From a virus (Duplodnaviria; Caudoviricetes): a stretch of 64,000 nt of DNA. The stretch spans positions 1-64,000 of IMG/VR virus record IMGVR_UViG_3300025867_000008, one strand, 5' to 3'. Position 1 is the first letter of the stretch. Each line of letters starts with the position of its first letter. Positions 29,462 to 39,555 of this stretch are shown here, in pieces. Below the pieces are notes generated by a model. That model was not told where the DNA came from. It worked only from the letters and a program-made list of their open reading frames with translations, and did no database searches. A program made the translations under genes and the position numbers.

Positions 29462-29548
29462 AACATCTTTTCTTTTATATATGCTATATATAAAAAATCC
29501 GTTTTGATTTTAAATATATACGTATTCAAAAAATAATGTTTATCAACA

Positions 29549-30256
29549 ATGGCAGGAAAAAGAGGACGTCCTAAGAAAAAAGAACCAAAAGACGAAACTT
29601 ATATAAATAAAAAACTTGGCAACATATCATATCTTCAAGATGAGATAAATTCTATGTTGAGTGAGATAGATACACTTCCAAAGGATCTTGTCCCCCCAGC
29701 GGACTTATTGCCAGGTATAGATTTTGAATATACTAAGTACGACTATGAAAAAGATATAGAAAGTATAAAGGAAGATGCAAAAGAAACTCTCGAATGTATA
29801 TCGAGTCTTTATCTAAAAGATGAAGAGATGAATAAGAAAAATGTTAAAAGCATTATAAAAAATGATGCCGAACAAATAAGTGATATAAAATTTTCATTAT
29901 CTTGTGCTAAGCGCGGTTTAGTAAATTGCATGAAACAGATTGATGCTGGTGCAAACGATCCAGAGATGCACGTTGCTGTAAACGCCTATCAAAAGGAAAT
30001 TCGTGATAGCTCTAAGATGATTAACGATCTTTTAACCAAAATGAAATCTTTTTATAAAGAATTGCGCGATGAATACGAACATAAAGAGATTAATGAGCAG
30101 CAAATAAAAGAAGAAAATGCCGCTGCCGCAGCATTAGACAAAAATAATGATGATTTAGTAATTTTTGATCCAAGAAAATTTAATAAAATCATTGATGAAT
30201 ATAAAAAAGATCCTACATTATTAAATGGAAAACAATTTGGAACGGGAAACATTTAA
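29549..30256 (+). CDS. Helical hypothetical protein with an N-terminal AT-hook-like motif
   Basis: MAGKRGRPKKK; own TATATA element at about 29515. Confidence 0.7.
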   Translation: MAGKRGRPKKKEPKDETYINKKLGNISYLQDEINSMLSEIDTLPKDLVPPADLLPGIDFEYTKYDYEKDIESIKEDAKETLECISSLYLKDEEMNKKNVKSIIKNDAEQISDIKFSLSCAKRGLVNCMKQIDAGANDPEMHVAVNAYQKEIRDSSKMINDLLTKMKSFYKELRDEYEHKEINEQQIKEENAAAAALDKNNDDLVIFDPRKFNKIIDEYKKDPTLLNGKQFGTGNI

Positions 30257-31137
30257 TTTTTCTTAACAAATATTCCACTTTCCCATTTATGTTTAGATTC
30301 TTCGAAGTTTTTTAACCAATCCATAGTCATATTTGGATATTTTCGACGATATTCTTTTAATATGTTTTCTATTTTATCAGAACCTTGTTTATCGAAGAAA
30401 TTTATAATTCTCTGAGGTATATTAAAATAATAATATCCTTCATCCATTTCTACACCATACTTCTGACAAGTTATTTCCATTACTTTATCTCTTATTTCTT
30501 CACACACACCTTTTGGAGTTTCGTTTGTTTCTGAATGTGAAGATGGAATACCGTAATATTTAACTTTTTCATTAACGACTCTATCCGCCATTTGAAAGAA
30601 TTTGCCTGAATATTTTAGCATCATACTCGCTAAAACATCATCTGTTTCATGTTTTTTTGACTTATAATATTTGGAATTAATACGAAGGTCTGGAACTATT
30701 AAATAAAAGACATCTCTTAATGGCGTTTTTACATATGCGACGACATGTTTTTTCTTCAAAACTTTACTCATCTCATTTCTAAATTCCCTACATATATTTA
30801 AAGTTTCTTCATCAATATCCTCATCTTTTTGATCATCAATATATTCTTTTATACTATCTACATTTTTATCAGGACAAACATAACAATTCAAAACTTTTCC
30901 TCTAAAAGAATAAGCATAACTAGCCATGCGACGATCTATTATTTTTTTAAAAACGTTCACGTCGTCTATCATTATTACTTCACCGCTTGGAATGCCGAGT
31001 ATATAATCCTCTGGAAAAATTTGTTTTAAAGACCACTTACCTTCTGAATCTAAATACATTTCGCGCGGCATAGGAGAATCATCGTCTTCAACACCATCTC
31101 CTCTTTCAAAAAGTTTATATTTAGTTATTATTCCCAT
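30253..31137 (-). CDS. GIPSG-domain protein, CTS-like leader
   Basis: MGIITKYKLFE; YILGIPSGEVIMI. Confidence 0.75.
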   Translation of the reverse strand: MGIITKYKLFERGDGVEDDDSPMPREMYLDSEGKWSLKQIFPEDYILGIPSGEVIMIDDVNVFKKIIDRRMASYAYSFRGKVLNCYVCPDKNVDSIKEYIDDQKDEDIDEETLNICREFRNEMSKVLKKKHVVAYVKTPLRDVFYLIVPDLRINSKYYKSKKHETDDVLASMMLKYSGKFFQMADRVVNEKVKYYGIPSSHSETNETPKGVCEEIRDKVMEITCQKYGVEMDEGYYYFNIPQRIINFFDKQGSDKIENILKEYRRKYPNMTMDWLKNFEESKHKWESGIFVKKN

Positions 31138-31691
31138 GTTATTGTTTCCATCATATCTGTTATTTTATGGTAATTTGGATCTTCGAATGCATATTTATTT
31201 AATTCTATCGGAATTATTCCGCCTCCTTTTGTAGGACGTTTCCACACTTTAATAAAAATCACCATATTCCTAGCTTTGAAATAATTTATTTGTTTAAGAT
31301 TCATGTATATTATTTGTCCGCTTGGAAGACCCACTACATCAAAATTTTTGATATCAAAATTAACTTCTTTTTTCTTATCTTCATCTCCACCTATTATTAT
31401 TCCTCTTCTTTCTTTTTTACCAAGATTTTTATTATATTCTTGATATATTTTATCTCTGTCCGTCTGTGCAGTAATTATATGAGTTATATCGTTAAAATCG
31501 TATATCACCTTTTTATTTTTCATTACAGCTAGATTCTTAGCTCTTTTATAGGCATCATACCAATTATCGCCAATACTAACTCTTATAGTATCAGCAGGCT
31601 CATCAGTTTCCAAAAACTCTTCAAAAGACATGCTTAAATTTTTATTTGAAGGATTTTTATCGTGATAATCTTCATTAAATTTTTTTATCAT
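31128..31691 (-). CDS. GIPSG-domain protein, CTS-like leader
   Basis: MIKKFNE; DVVGLPSGQIIYM...YAFED. Confidence 0.75.
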   Translation of the reverse strand: MIKKFNEDYHDKNPSNKNLSMSFEEFLETDEPADTIRVSIGDNWYDAYKRAKNLAVMKNKKVIYDFNDITHIITAQTDRDKIYQEYNKNLGKKERRGIIIGGDEDKKKEVNFDIKNFDVVGLPSGQIIYMNLKQINYFKARNMVIFIKVWKRPTKGGGIIPIELNKYAFEDPNYHKITDMMETITWE

Positions 31692-32200
31692 AAAGCCATG
31701 TATTCTTTCGTAAAATAATGAGGATAAATGTTTTTAATTTTATTATTTTTCTTCTTTTTCTTTCCTTTTTTATCCTTTTTATTATCAATAGTTAAACCGA
31801 ATTTGTTTCCATAGTCATATGACGGAGCGTCGCCACTGCCAATAGCTCCCGATCCACTTCCCCAAACCGAACCTGGTGTTGATCCTACGGTTGGAGCAAC
31901 TACATTTCCCATACCACCAGCATTTGCCGTAGCAAAAGCTACACCACCGCCTCCATCTTGCTCTTTAACATATTCAGAAAAAGATAATGTCGGTGAATAA
32001 GAATCACCACTACCTATAGCACCAGTTCTAGATTGCCAAACAGCACCCGGTGATTCACTTATGACTGGAGCTATAACTTTGCCCATTCCTTTTTGGTTCA
32101 AAGTTACATAAACAGTACCATTACCACCGGATATAATATTTTTATCTTTGTCCTTTTCCTCAACTTCTTTAATATATTCGGTGAATTTAATTATTCTCAT
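31688..32200 (-). CDS. Gly-rich protein made of two tandem repeats, each after a CTS-like element
   Basis: IKFTEYIKE...GMGKVIAP..SPGAVW..GAIGSGD, then LSFSEYVKE...GMGNVVAP..TPGSVW..GAIGSGD. Confidence 0.8.
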   Translation of the reverse strand: MRIIKFTEYIKEVEEKDKDKNIISGGNGTVYVTLNQKGMGKVIAPVISESPGAVWQSRTGAIGSGDSYSPTLSFSEYVKEQDGGGGVAFATANAGGMGNVVAPTVGSTPGSVWGSGSGAIGSGDAPSYDYGNKFGLTIDNKKDKKGKKKKKNNKIKNIYPHYFTKEYMAL

Positions 32201-32249
32201 TTTCGGTTTTTTAGTTTTTATATATATATTAAAATAAATTTCGCAAATT

Positions 32250-32840
32250 ATGAAGATGTTCGAAGAGTTTATGCAATCTGATTATGAGATGGATCAAATA
32301 ATCAAGAAAATTAAAGAGAGAATTGGTTATTGGTTTCAAAACGGAGCATTTTCATTAAGTGCGGCACCAATTGATAGCTCGACAAGCTCACCAGCATCTA
32401 AAAGATCAATAATTACGAATTTCGCTGACGCTAATTTTTACTATCAAATGATAATAAGATTCTCTGTTGAAGATTTAGAAAATTGCGATGTAATCATTAA
32501 AAAATACGATCCAGCTAGAATAGATGAAGCTGGTGGTGGTCAACCAATATGGACAATTGAATTGACAAATGATAAACAGGTTAAAATAGATGATGTAAAG
32601 GAAGATTTTATTATTCAAAAGATTTCAGAACAAGATGACAACACAAAAGAAAATCCAGATGAAAATAAAATAGAAGTTCCGAAAGAAAAACAACCCCAAC
32701 AACCGCAAGAGCAGCCCGGAGCACCTGCTCCAGGAATGCCTGCACCTGGAGCACCCGGAGCTCCACCAACGCAAGCAGCCCCACCATTCCCTGAAGCTGG
32801 TATGGGGACTCAAGTTCAAGGCGCTCCTCCAACTTTATAA
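32250..32840 (+). CDS. Hypothetical, CTS-like leader, Pro-rich tail
   Basis: MKMFEEF; PGAPAPGMPAPGAPGAPP. Confidence 0.75.
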   Translation: MKMFEEFMQSDYEMDQIIKKIKERIGYWFQNGAFSLSAAPIDSSTSSPASKRSIITNFADANFYYQMIIRFSVEDLENCDVIIKKYDPARIDEAGGGQPIWTIELTNDKQVKIDDVKEDFIIQKISEQDDNTKENPDENKIEVPKEKQPQQPQEQPGAPAPGMPAPGAPGAPPTQAAPPFPEAGMGTQVQGAPPTL

Positions 32841-32857
32841 AAAAAAAATTAGAAAAT

Positions 32858-33055
32858 ATGAAAAATCTAAAAACATTTGAAGACTACAAACATGATGTGA
32901 ATATAAATAATGTTCCAGATGATATTCAAGAAGAATATGATGATCTTTTGCTTAGATTAATGGATGGTAATGCGGATCCAGATCCATTTTACGTTGAAAA
33001 TAGAGTAGATCAAATAAGAAAACAATATCCAGATATAAAATCTGATTTTTCGTAG
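32858..33055 (+). CDS. Small hypothetical, CTS-like leader
   Basis: MKNLKTFEDY. Confidence 0.65.
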   Translation: MKNLKTFEDYKHDVNINNVPDDIQEEYDDLLLRLMDGNADPDPFYVENRVDQIRKQYPDIKSDFS

Positions 33056-33114
33056 GTGGAATATTAATTTGATAGACCCCCCAATCAATTATATATACTA
33101 GAAAAAACAATTTT

Positions 33115-33621
33115 ATGGAAGTAGTATCGTCAAGTTTAACGATGCGTAAATTTCGCACAATCAAAGAATATACTAAGGATTTTGGTATATCCAAAACCAA
33201 TGAAGTTCAGAAAGAGGGCAATAAAGGTCCTGGTCAAATTGTTATCAAAATAAAAGATCCTTTTGTTAAAAGATATAGTTTGGAAAAAGGAAGTTATATT
33301 GTTAAAGATGGAAATATCGGAACTCTTAATTTTTATTTAGATAATACGTTGCCAATAGATAAATTTTCAATATACGACGAAGATAAACAATATGATTTTA
33401 CATTCAAAGACACTGGTGATGTAAGATCTTATTTATCAGATATATTGGATAAAATACTCGATGAACAAATTATACCAATAAATCTAGACCAAAATCTAGA
33501 GGAAGATATAGAGTTTAGAATGGATAAGGATCTTCCACAAAATGAATTCGTTGAAAAACACAAACAAATGAGGGAAGATATGGCAAAAATGAATATCAAT
33601 CCTTATAAAAATAAATATTAA
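33115..33621 (+). CDS. Hypothetical protein
   Basis: 168-aa ORF after TATATA at about 33090. Confidence 0.7.
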   Translation: MEVVSSSLTMRKFRTIKEYTKDFGISKTNEVQKEGNKGPGQIVIKIKDPFVKRYSLEKGSYIVKDGNIGTLNFYLDNTLPIDKFSIYDEDKQYDFTFKDTGDVRSYLSDILDKILDEQIIPINLDQNLEEDIEFRMDKDLPQNEFVEKHKQMREDMAKMNINPYKNKY

Positions 33622-33624
33622 ACC

Positions 33625-34332
33625 ATGCCAACGTCATTAGATTTATCAGAATTAGTTCAGGTTAATTTTCCTGAAACTCAATATTATAGACAAGAAACTT
33701 CGAAGTCCCAAATTTGTCTGCATCACACCGTATCTGGTCCATACGCTCAAGGAGTTATAGATTGGTGGAATCAAGATACACAAAGAATAGCTACTCATTT
33801 TATTATTCAAAAAGATGGCACCATATTCCAACTATATTCCAGCAAATATTGGGCACATCATCTTGGAGTAAAATCCACATTTTTAAAACAAATGGGATTT
33901 GCTGATTATGGCACACGAAATGTTTTATTAAATCAAAGTTCGGTAGCTATGGAAATTACTAACTGGGGAGGTCTTGTTAAAGATAACAACGGATTTCATC
34001 CAGCTACATGGGATACAACTTTGAAAAGATATGTTCCTGTAACAAAAGTAACCATACCAGATCAGAATGTTCAAACATATTCTAAACCGTTTAGAGATTT
34101 CGTTTATTTTGAAAAATATAGCTCAGAACAAATAGAATCTATAAGTCGATTGGTTACATATTTATGTGACAAATATAATATATCTAAAGATTATAATGAA
34201 GATATGTGGGATGTCAGTAAAAAAGCTCTTGGTGGAATAAACGGAATTTATGGCCATGTGAGCATGCGCCCCGATAAAAGCGATCCGCATCCTCAACCGG
34301 AATTAATAGATATGTTAAAGTCTTTAATGTGA
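33625..34332 (+). CDS. N-acetylmuramoyl-L-alanine amidase (Amidase_2 type), probable endolysin
   Basis: ICLHHT, ATHFII, WAHHLG, AMEITNWG, GIYGH..DKSDP. Confidence 0.85.
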   Translation: MPTSLDLSELVQVNFPETQYYRQETSKSQICLHHTVSGPYAQGVIDWWNQDTQRIATHFIIQKDGTIFQLYSSKYWAHHLGVKSTFLKQMGFADYGTRNVLLNQSSVAMEITNWGGLVKDNNGFHPATWDTTLKRYVPVTKVTIPDQNVQTYSKPFRDFVYFEKYSSEQIESISRLVTYLCDKYNISKDYNEDMWDVSKKALGGINGIYGHVSMRPDKSDPHPQPELIDMLKSLM

Positions 34333-34887
34333 TAATTCGTAGTCTAATCGTTGTAGAAGTTGTGAGTCTGTTGACAAATTATATTCATCAACAACTCTCC
34401 CCTTTCTTTTTCTAACTAGGTGATATCTAGCTCCATGACTATCCATATTTACTTCAATACAATAGTCACCCTCCGTACCTATTATGCCTGTCCCAGGTCC
34501 GTAGGTTATTCCTAAAGAACCATCTTGAGCATAAAATTCTATATCTTCAGAACTGTTATTTATCGTAGTAAGAATGACATCCATTAGAACAGAATTAAAG
34601 TCATTCTTGAAAATTCTTATGTCATGATAAGCTTCAGGTTTAGCTTTAACTTTTGGTTCTTCTTTTATATTACACATAGATTTAACATAGTCTATGTTTT
34701 CGTCTTTAAAAGCAAAAAATCCAATATCCACATAATCTACATTATAATGAATTAATTTTTCTCTGTATAAATCTTCTATTGCGTCTCGCGAGACTTGTAA
34801 AGCCTCACCACTCGGAATACCAATTATCCAGACTTTATCACTGTCTGTAGTATATTCATACTCTTCAAATGTTTTTAATTTCCCCAT
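34324..34887 (-). CDS. GIPSG-domain protein, CTS-like leader
   Basis: MGKLKTFEEY; WIIGIPSGEALQV...FAFKDE. Confidence 0.75.
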   Translation of the reverse strand: MGKLKTFEEYEYTTDSDKVWIIGIPSGEALQVSRDAIEDLYREKLIHYNVDYVDIGFFAFKDENIDYVKSMCNIKEEPKVKAKPEAYHDIRIFKNDFNSVLMDVILTTINNSSEDIEFYAQDGSLGITYGPGTGIIGTEGDYCIEVNMDSHGARYHLVRKRKGRVVDEYNLSTDSQLLQRLDYELSH

Positions 34888-34908
34888 GATTCGCCGTAAT
34901 GATCCATG

Positions 34909-35175
34909 TTATATTTTTTTATAATATTTGTCCAAAATATCTTTTACTACATTTAATGCTTCATAGTATTCTTCTTCGTCTTCAAAAAGATCGTCAAACG
35001 CGGGTATTGAATGCCCAATTGAATATATATCAACTAACAATTTTCCATCTCCATCTATCATGTTTAAAGTACGCATTCGAGATATAACACTAAATAAATC
35101 TGCGAAACTATCTATGTAATCTATTGATTTAAAGCCAAATATCTTATTCTCAAAAATTTTGAATTCAGTTATCAT
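34909..35175 (-). CDS. Small hypothetical, CTS-like leader
   Basis: MITEFKIFENKI. Confidence 0.7.
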   Translation of the reverse strand: MITEFKIFENKIFGFKSIDYIDSFADLFSVISRMRTLNMIDGDGKLLVDIYSIGHSIPAFDDLFEDEEEYYEALNVVKDILDKYYKKI

Positions 35176-35542
35176 TCTTTTCTAATTCATTTATACAGTC
35201 AATAAGATGTTCTCTCCTAACCCTTTTAGTATCTCTATTTACAGAAATTTTAACCCCCCAATAATAACATTTTTCATTGTTATATTGAAAAGGAAGACGA
35301 CATTTTGTTATTTGTATATTGCCGCTGTAAATATTATTAACATAAAGAATTTTTTGAGACCTGTTATCGTCTTCTTTATTAGTTATAATAGAATAACCAT
35401 TATTTTTGAGAGTATTAATATCATCATCAGACAGTAATATCGGTGGAAATTTCATGTCCGTCCAATTTTCTTCACCATATGGATCATCTTCTGATGTACC
35501 TATTGGTAATATCTTATTCTCAAAAATTTTGAATTTAGTTAT
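35138..35542. repeat. 35-bp direct repeat with 1 mismatch, encoding IT(E/K)FKIFENKI on the minus strand
   Basis: AATATCTTATTCTCAAAAATTTTGAATT(C/T)AGTTAT at 35138-35172 and 35508-35542. Confidence 0.85.
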
Positions 35543-35806
35543 TATTCTACTTTCCTCCAATTTGCCTTTACTATACCATTTTATTTTTTCTGTTTCTTCT
35601 TTTTCATTATCTACTATCTCTGCACAACTTTCTGGAATATACCATTTCAAAATACCAGCTTTTATGATATAACATTTTTCTCCATTTGCCTTTAGAATAC
35701 CTTCGGATTCGACATCATATACCTTATCAATGAAATTATACATTCTATCTTCCCAATGATATCTCAAAATATAGTCTTTAATATTTGGTAATATTCTTAT
35801 TTTCAT
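35165..35806 (-). CDS. Two-module hypothetical (IKWYSKGK, internal CTS-like element, DPYGEENW)
   Basis: EKIKWYSKGKLEES-RIITKFKIFENK...EDDPYGEENW. Confidence 0.75.
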   Translation of the reverse strand: MKIRILPNIKDYILRYHWEDRMYNFIDKVYDVESEGILKANGEKCYIIKAGILKWYIPESCAEIVDNEKEETEKIKWYSKGKLEESRIITKFKIFENKILPIGTSEDDPYGEENWTDMKFPPILLSDDDINTLKNNGYSIITNKEDDNRSQKILYVNNIYSGNIQITKCRLPFQYNNEKCYYWGVKISVNRDTKRVRREHLIDCINELEKNDN

Positions 35807-35882
35807 ATTTTTTATATATTAAATTTTGAAAATTGAAAAAATTGACTTTTTTATCTTTATATATAAAGATAAAAGAATACTT

Positions 35883-36017
35883 ATGAGAGAAACTAAAAAT
35901 TTGAAAATAGATAAGAATCTACACCAGAAACTTAAAGTTTTTTGTGTGAGTAATAATTTGAAAATAATTGATTTTGTTGAAAAGATTATTAATGAAAAAA
36001 TAGAAAAAGAAAAATGA
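35883..36017 (+). CDS. Small RHH-like DNA-binding protein
   Basis: MRETKNLKIDKNLHQKLKVFCVSNNLKIIDFVEKII; ATG at 35883. Confidence 0.55.
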   Translation: MRETKNLKIDKNLHQKLKVFCVSNNLKIIDFVEKIINEKIEKEK

Positions 36018-37228
36018 AATGGACAAAAGAAAAATGTAAAGAAGCAGCTTTAAAATGTAAAACAAGAAGTGAATTCTGGGAGAAATATTCTGGAGCTAGT
36101 TCTTTATCATCCAAGAACGGATGGATGGATGAAATTTGTTCCCACATGAAATTAAAAATAAAACCAGATGGATATTGGACTAAAGATAAATGTCAAATTG
36201 AGGCACTGAAATATAAAAGTCGAAAAGAATTCAAAAAAAATTGTAGTGGGGCTTATAATATATCTTATAAGAATAACTGGATGAAAGATATTTGTTCCAA
36301 TATGATAAAAATTAGAAAAGAAAACGGTTATTGGACCAAAGATAAATGTCAAATTGAGGCACTAAAATATAAAACTAGAAGTGATTTTAAAAAAAATGCT
36401 GGAAGCGCTCATTTTTCGTCGTCCAAAAATAATTGGATTGATGAAATATGTTCTCATATGAAAATTTTAAAAGTTAAAAAAGAGTACTGGACAAAAGATA
36501 AATGTCATGAACTTGCATTAAAGTGTGAGAATAGAACAGAATTTCGTAAAAAATATGATTCTGCTCATAGAATTTCATGTAAAAACGGATGGATTGATGA
36601 AATTTGTTCACACATGAGAATAATAAATTTCACAAAAAGATGTATTTATTCATTCGAGTTTTCCGACAATCACGTATACATCGGATTAACTTATAATTTA
36701 AAAAATAGATATAATAGACATATGTTGGACCACAATAGTTCGGTAAATATACATATGAATAGCACGAAATTAAATCCTATTTTGAAACAATTAACCGATT
36801 ATATACCCATCGAAGATTCTAGAGAAAAAGAAAGATTTTTTGTAAAAAAATATAAAAAAGAAGGGTGGTACATTTTAAATAAAATAAAAACTGGAAGCAT
36901 TGGAGGTATAACATTAAAATGGACAAAAGAAGAATGCGTCGATCTAGCCAAAAATTGTAAAAATAGAAGCGATTTTTGGAATCACACGTCGGCCGCAAAT
37001 TCTTGTAAGAAAAATGGTTGGATGGAAGAAATTCACAATATTATAAAATGCAAAACAAAAGAAAAGAATTATTGGAACAACTACGATAATTGTTTGAATG
37101 AGGCCATAAAACAAAAGACTAGAACTAATTTTAGAAAAAAATCATCCGGTGCTTTTAAATCGTCTGTTAAAAATAATTGGAAAGATAAAATTTATGAACA
37201 CATGAATTGGAAAAAACAAAACCCATGA
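36014..37228 (+). mobile_element. Free-standing GIY-YIG homing-type endonuclease with tandem WTKxxC repeats
   Basis: CIYSFEFSDNHVYIGLT..R...H..E..N; about 6 repeats of WTKEKCxxxALKxxxRSEF. Confidence 0.75.
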
Positions 37229-37245
37229 TATGATATACAATAATC

Positions 37246-38865
37246 ATGATAAAAATTGATGATGAACTTTCCATATATTTTCCATTAAAATATAAGCCTC
37301 GAGACCAGCAAATTGAGGCTTTCAAATTAATAAAAGAATCTATAGGCAGCGGAAAGAAAAATATTTTACTACAAATGCCTACCGGATCTGGTAAAAGTTT
37401 TCTAGTTCTCATGATAGCAAACTATTATAAAAATTATATTAATAGTGAAGCTAAATTTGATATTATAACAAATAGTAAAATTTTACAGCAACAATATAAA
37501 AGAGAATTTGATTTTATAAATGACCTCAGAGGTCAATCGAACTATAAATGCGTGAGACATAATACTGATTGTAGATCAGGCAAGGAACTAAATAAGACAA
37601 CTAAACAGATGCCTTGTGGAAATTGCCCGTATGACGCAGCAAAAAAAGCTTGGACAGATGGAGTAATGAGTCTTACAAATTTTCACATGTTTAATAGTTT
37701 TTGTTTTTTTGTTCCAGAAACAATGTCAGAGCGATCAGCAAATGTTCTTATTGTGGATGAAGCTCATTCATTGGAAGAAGTTTTTTGTGATTTCATTTCA
37801 TTTAAATTAAGTCCAAGAATATTGAGAAATTATGGAATAGAAGAGCAAGTTATAGATCTATATCATAGAAAATTTGTAGATATAAAAACTGCTGGCGGAT
37901 TTATAAATTTTATTCAAAAAGATTTTTTACCTTATATATCTGATTTAAAAGAAAATTTTAAAGATTTGGTGATAACTGTTCCCGAAACCAAAGCAAAACA
38001 GATATACGCTAATTATGTATCTTATATAGAGGGAGCCGAAGAGAATATGGAATCTTTACTCAAAGATTTTGAAAAAAATGAATATAATTGGATACTGGAT
38101 ATAACGAAAAATAAAATTAATGAAATTGAATTGAATCTTCAGCCAATATGGGGAAATGTTTATTTAAATGATTTTATTTGGAGTAAATATGACCACATAA
38201 TATTTATGAGTGGATCGATATTAGATAAGGAGATGTTTTCATACCTAAACGGATTCGACGAATCCATAACAGACTATTATGAATTTGATTCTACGTTTCC
38301 AGTAAAAAATCGCCCGCTTTATTATTATCAAGCTGGCAAAATGACTTACACGCAAAGACAGGCGACATTTAAATATCAAATAGAAGTAATAGAAAAAATA
38401 TTAAGAAAATATAAAGATCAGCGTGGAATTATACATACCACAAATTATGAAATAGCCAATTGGTTAAAAGATGCTATAAAAGATAAACGCTTAGTGTATC
38501 ACGAAACTGAAGATCGCGAGGAGCAACTCGAAAAAATGAAAACCAAAAAGAATGGAGTAATCGTTTCACCTTCAATGACATCGGGAATATCTATGGATGA
38601 TGATTTGAGTAGATTTCAAATTATGATGAAAGTTCCATATCCAAACATAAGTAGCAATAAAGTAAAGGCAAGACAAAATTCAAATAAAAAATGGTATGCT
38701 TGGCGCACAATCAGTGAAATTGTCCAAGCTTATGGCCGTTGTGTTAGAAATGAGAATGATTGGGCTCATTCCTATATATTGGACAGCTCGTTTGACGATT
38801 TGTTAAAATATCATAAAAAACTTTTTCCTAAACATTTTTTAGAAGCGATAAAGATTCTAAGATGA
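37246..38865 (+). CDS. DinG/YoaA-like SF2 helicase
   Basis: Q motif PRDQQ, Walker A MPTGSGKS, DEAH, Cys cluster CVRH..C..CGNCPY, KVPYP, QAYGRCVR. Confidence 0.88.
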   Translation: MIKIDDELSIYFPLKYKPRDQQIEAFKLIKESIGSGKKNILLQMPTGSGKSFLVLMIANYYKNYINSEAKFDIITNSKILQQQYKREFDFINDLRGQSNYKCVRHNTDCRSGKELNKTTKQMPCGNCPYDAAKKAWTDGVMSLTNFHMFNSFCFFVPETMSERSANVLIVDEAHSLEEVFCDFISFKLSPRILRNYGIEEQVIDLYHRKFVDIKTAGGFINFIQKDFLPYISDLKENFKDLVITVPETKAKQIYANYVSYIEGAEENMESLLKDFEKNEYNWILDITKNKINEIELNLQPIWGNVYLNDFIWSKYDHIIFMSGSILDKEMFSYLNGFDESITDYYEFDSTFPVKNRPLYYYQAGKMTYTQRQATFKYQIEVIEKILRKYKDQRGIIHTTNYEIANWLKDAIKDKRLVYHETEDREEQLEKMKTKKNGVIVSPSMTSGISMDDDLSRFQIMMKVPYPNISSNKVKARQNSNKKWYAWRTISEIVQAYGRCVRNENDWAHSYILDSSFDDLLKYHKKLFPKHFLEAIKILR

Positions 38866-39261
38866 AATTTTCGTCATATTTTTTATTCTTTTTAGAGTTT
38901 CAATATCTTTATCTCTTTTTAAATTCTCTTTATATTGTAAAACATACTCAATTTTAACAAATGAATAGTTTTCTATTACTTCGGAAGTATCTATTAATAG
39001 ATTAATATCGAAACCAGGCCAAGAGTTACTTAATTCAAAATTTCCAATTCTAATGGTCTCATATTCTCTGATATCTCTATACTTCCAAAATTCTTTTTTA
39101 ATTATTATATCAACATCACCGGCATAAACTAGTCCTCTTATAGCAAGGGGACCTGATCCAAATATAGCATATTCTCCTATATTAAGATTTAGGGAATCAA
39201 AATTTTCTAATAGTTCTTTAAAGTGGTTATAATTTTTATATTTATTTATCTCAGTGATCAT
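38857..39261 (-). CDS. Pol-beta-type nucleotidyltransferase-like protein
   Basis: IFGSGPLAIRGL..GDVDII; C-terminal RDKD. Confidence 0.6.
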   Translation of the reverse strand: MITEINKYKNYNHFKELLENFDSLNLNIGEYAIFGSGPLAIRGLVYAGDVDIIIKKEFWKYRDIREYETIRIGNFELSNSWPGFDINLLIDTSEVIENYSFVKIEYVLQYKENLKRDKDIETLKRIKNMTKISS

Positions 39262-39304
39262 TTCATGAATATTTTTAGGAAAGGAATTTGTTTATTTTTA
39301 ATTT

Positions 39305-39523
39305 TCATATCTCACCAAAATCAACGCAAGGACTAGTTGGAATAAAATAAATTTTTTGATTAATAGTTCTGACTTCAAAATCACCATCGGCCCTACCCAC
39401 GTAATTTTTTCCAACTATTAATTCAGTCGCATATGGTGGAACTTCTGTCCAATTTTCTTCACCGTAAGGATCAACATTAGTTATGTCTTCATTAATTTTA
39501 GCAAATTCATTAAATTTTTTCAC
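39305..39523 (-). CDS. Small hypothetical, CTS-like leader directly followed by DPYGEENW
   Basis: GTG start; KKFNEFAKINE-DITNVDPYGEENW. Confidence 0.7.
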   Translation of the reverse strand: MKKFNEFAKINEDITNVDPYGEENWTEVPPYATELIVGKNYVGRADGDFEVRTINQKIYFIPTSPCVDFGEI

Positions 39524-39555
39524 ATCATTTTACTTTTTTTTAGGAAATCTCTCAT

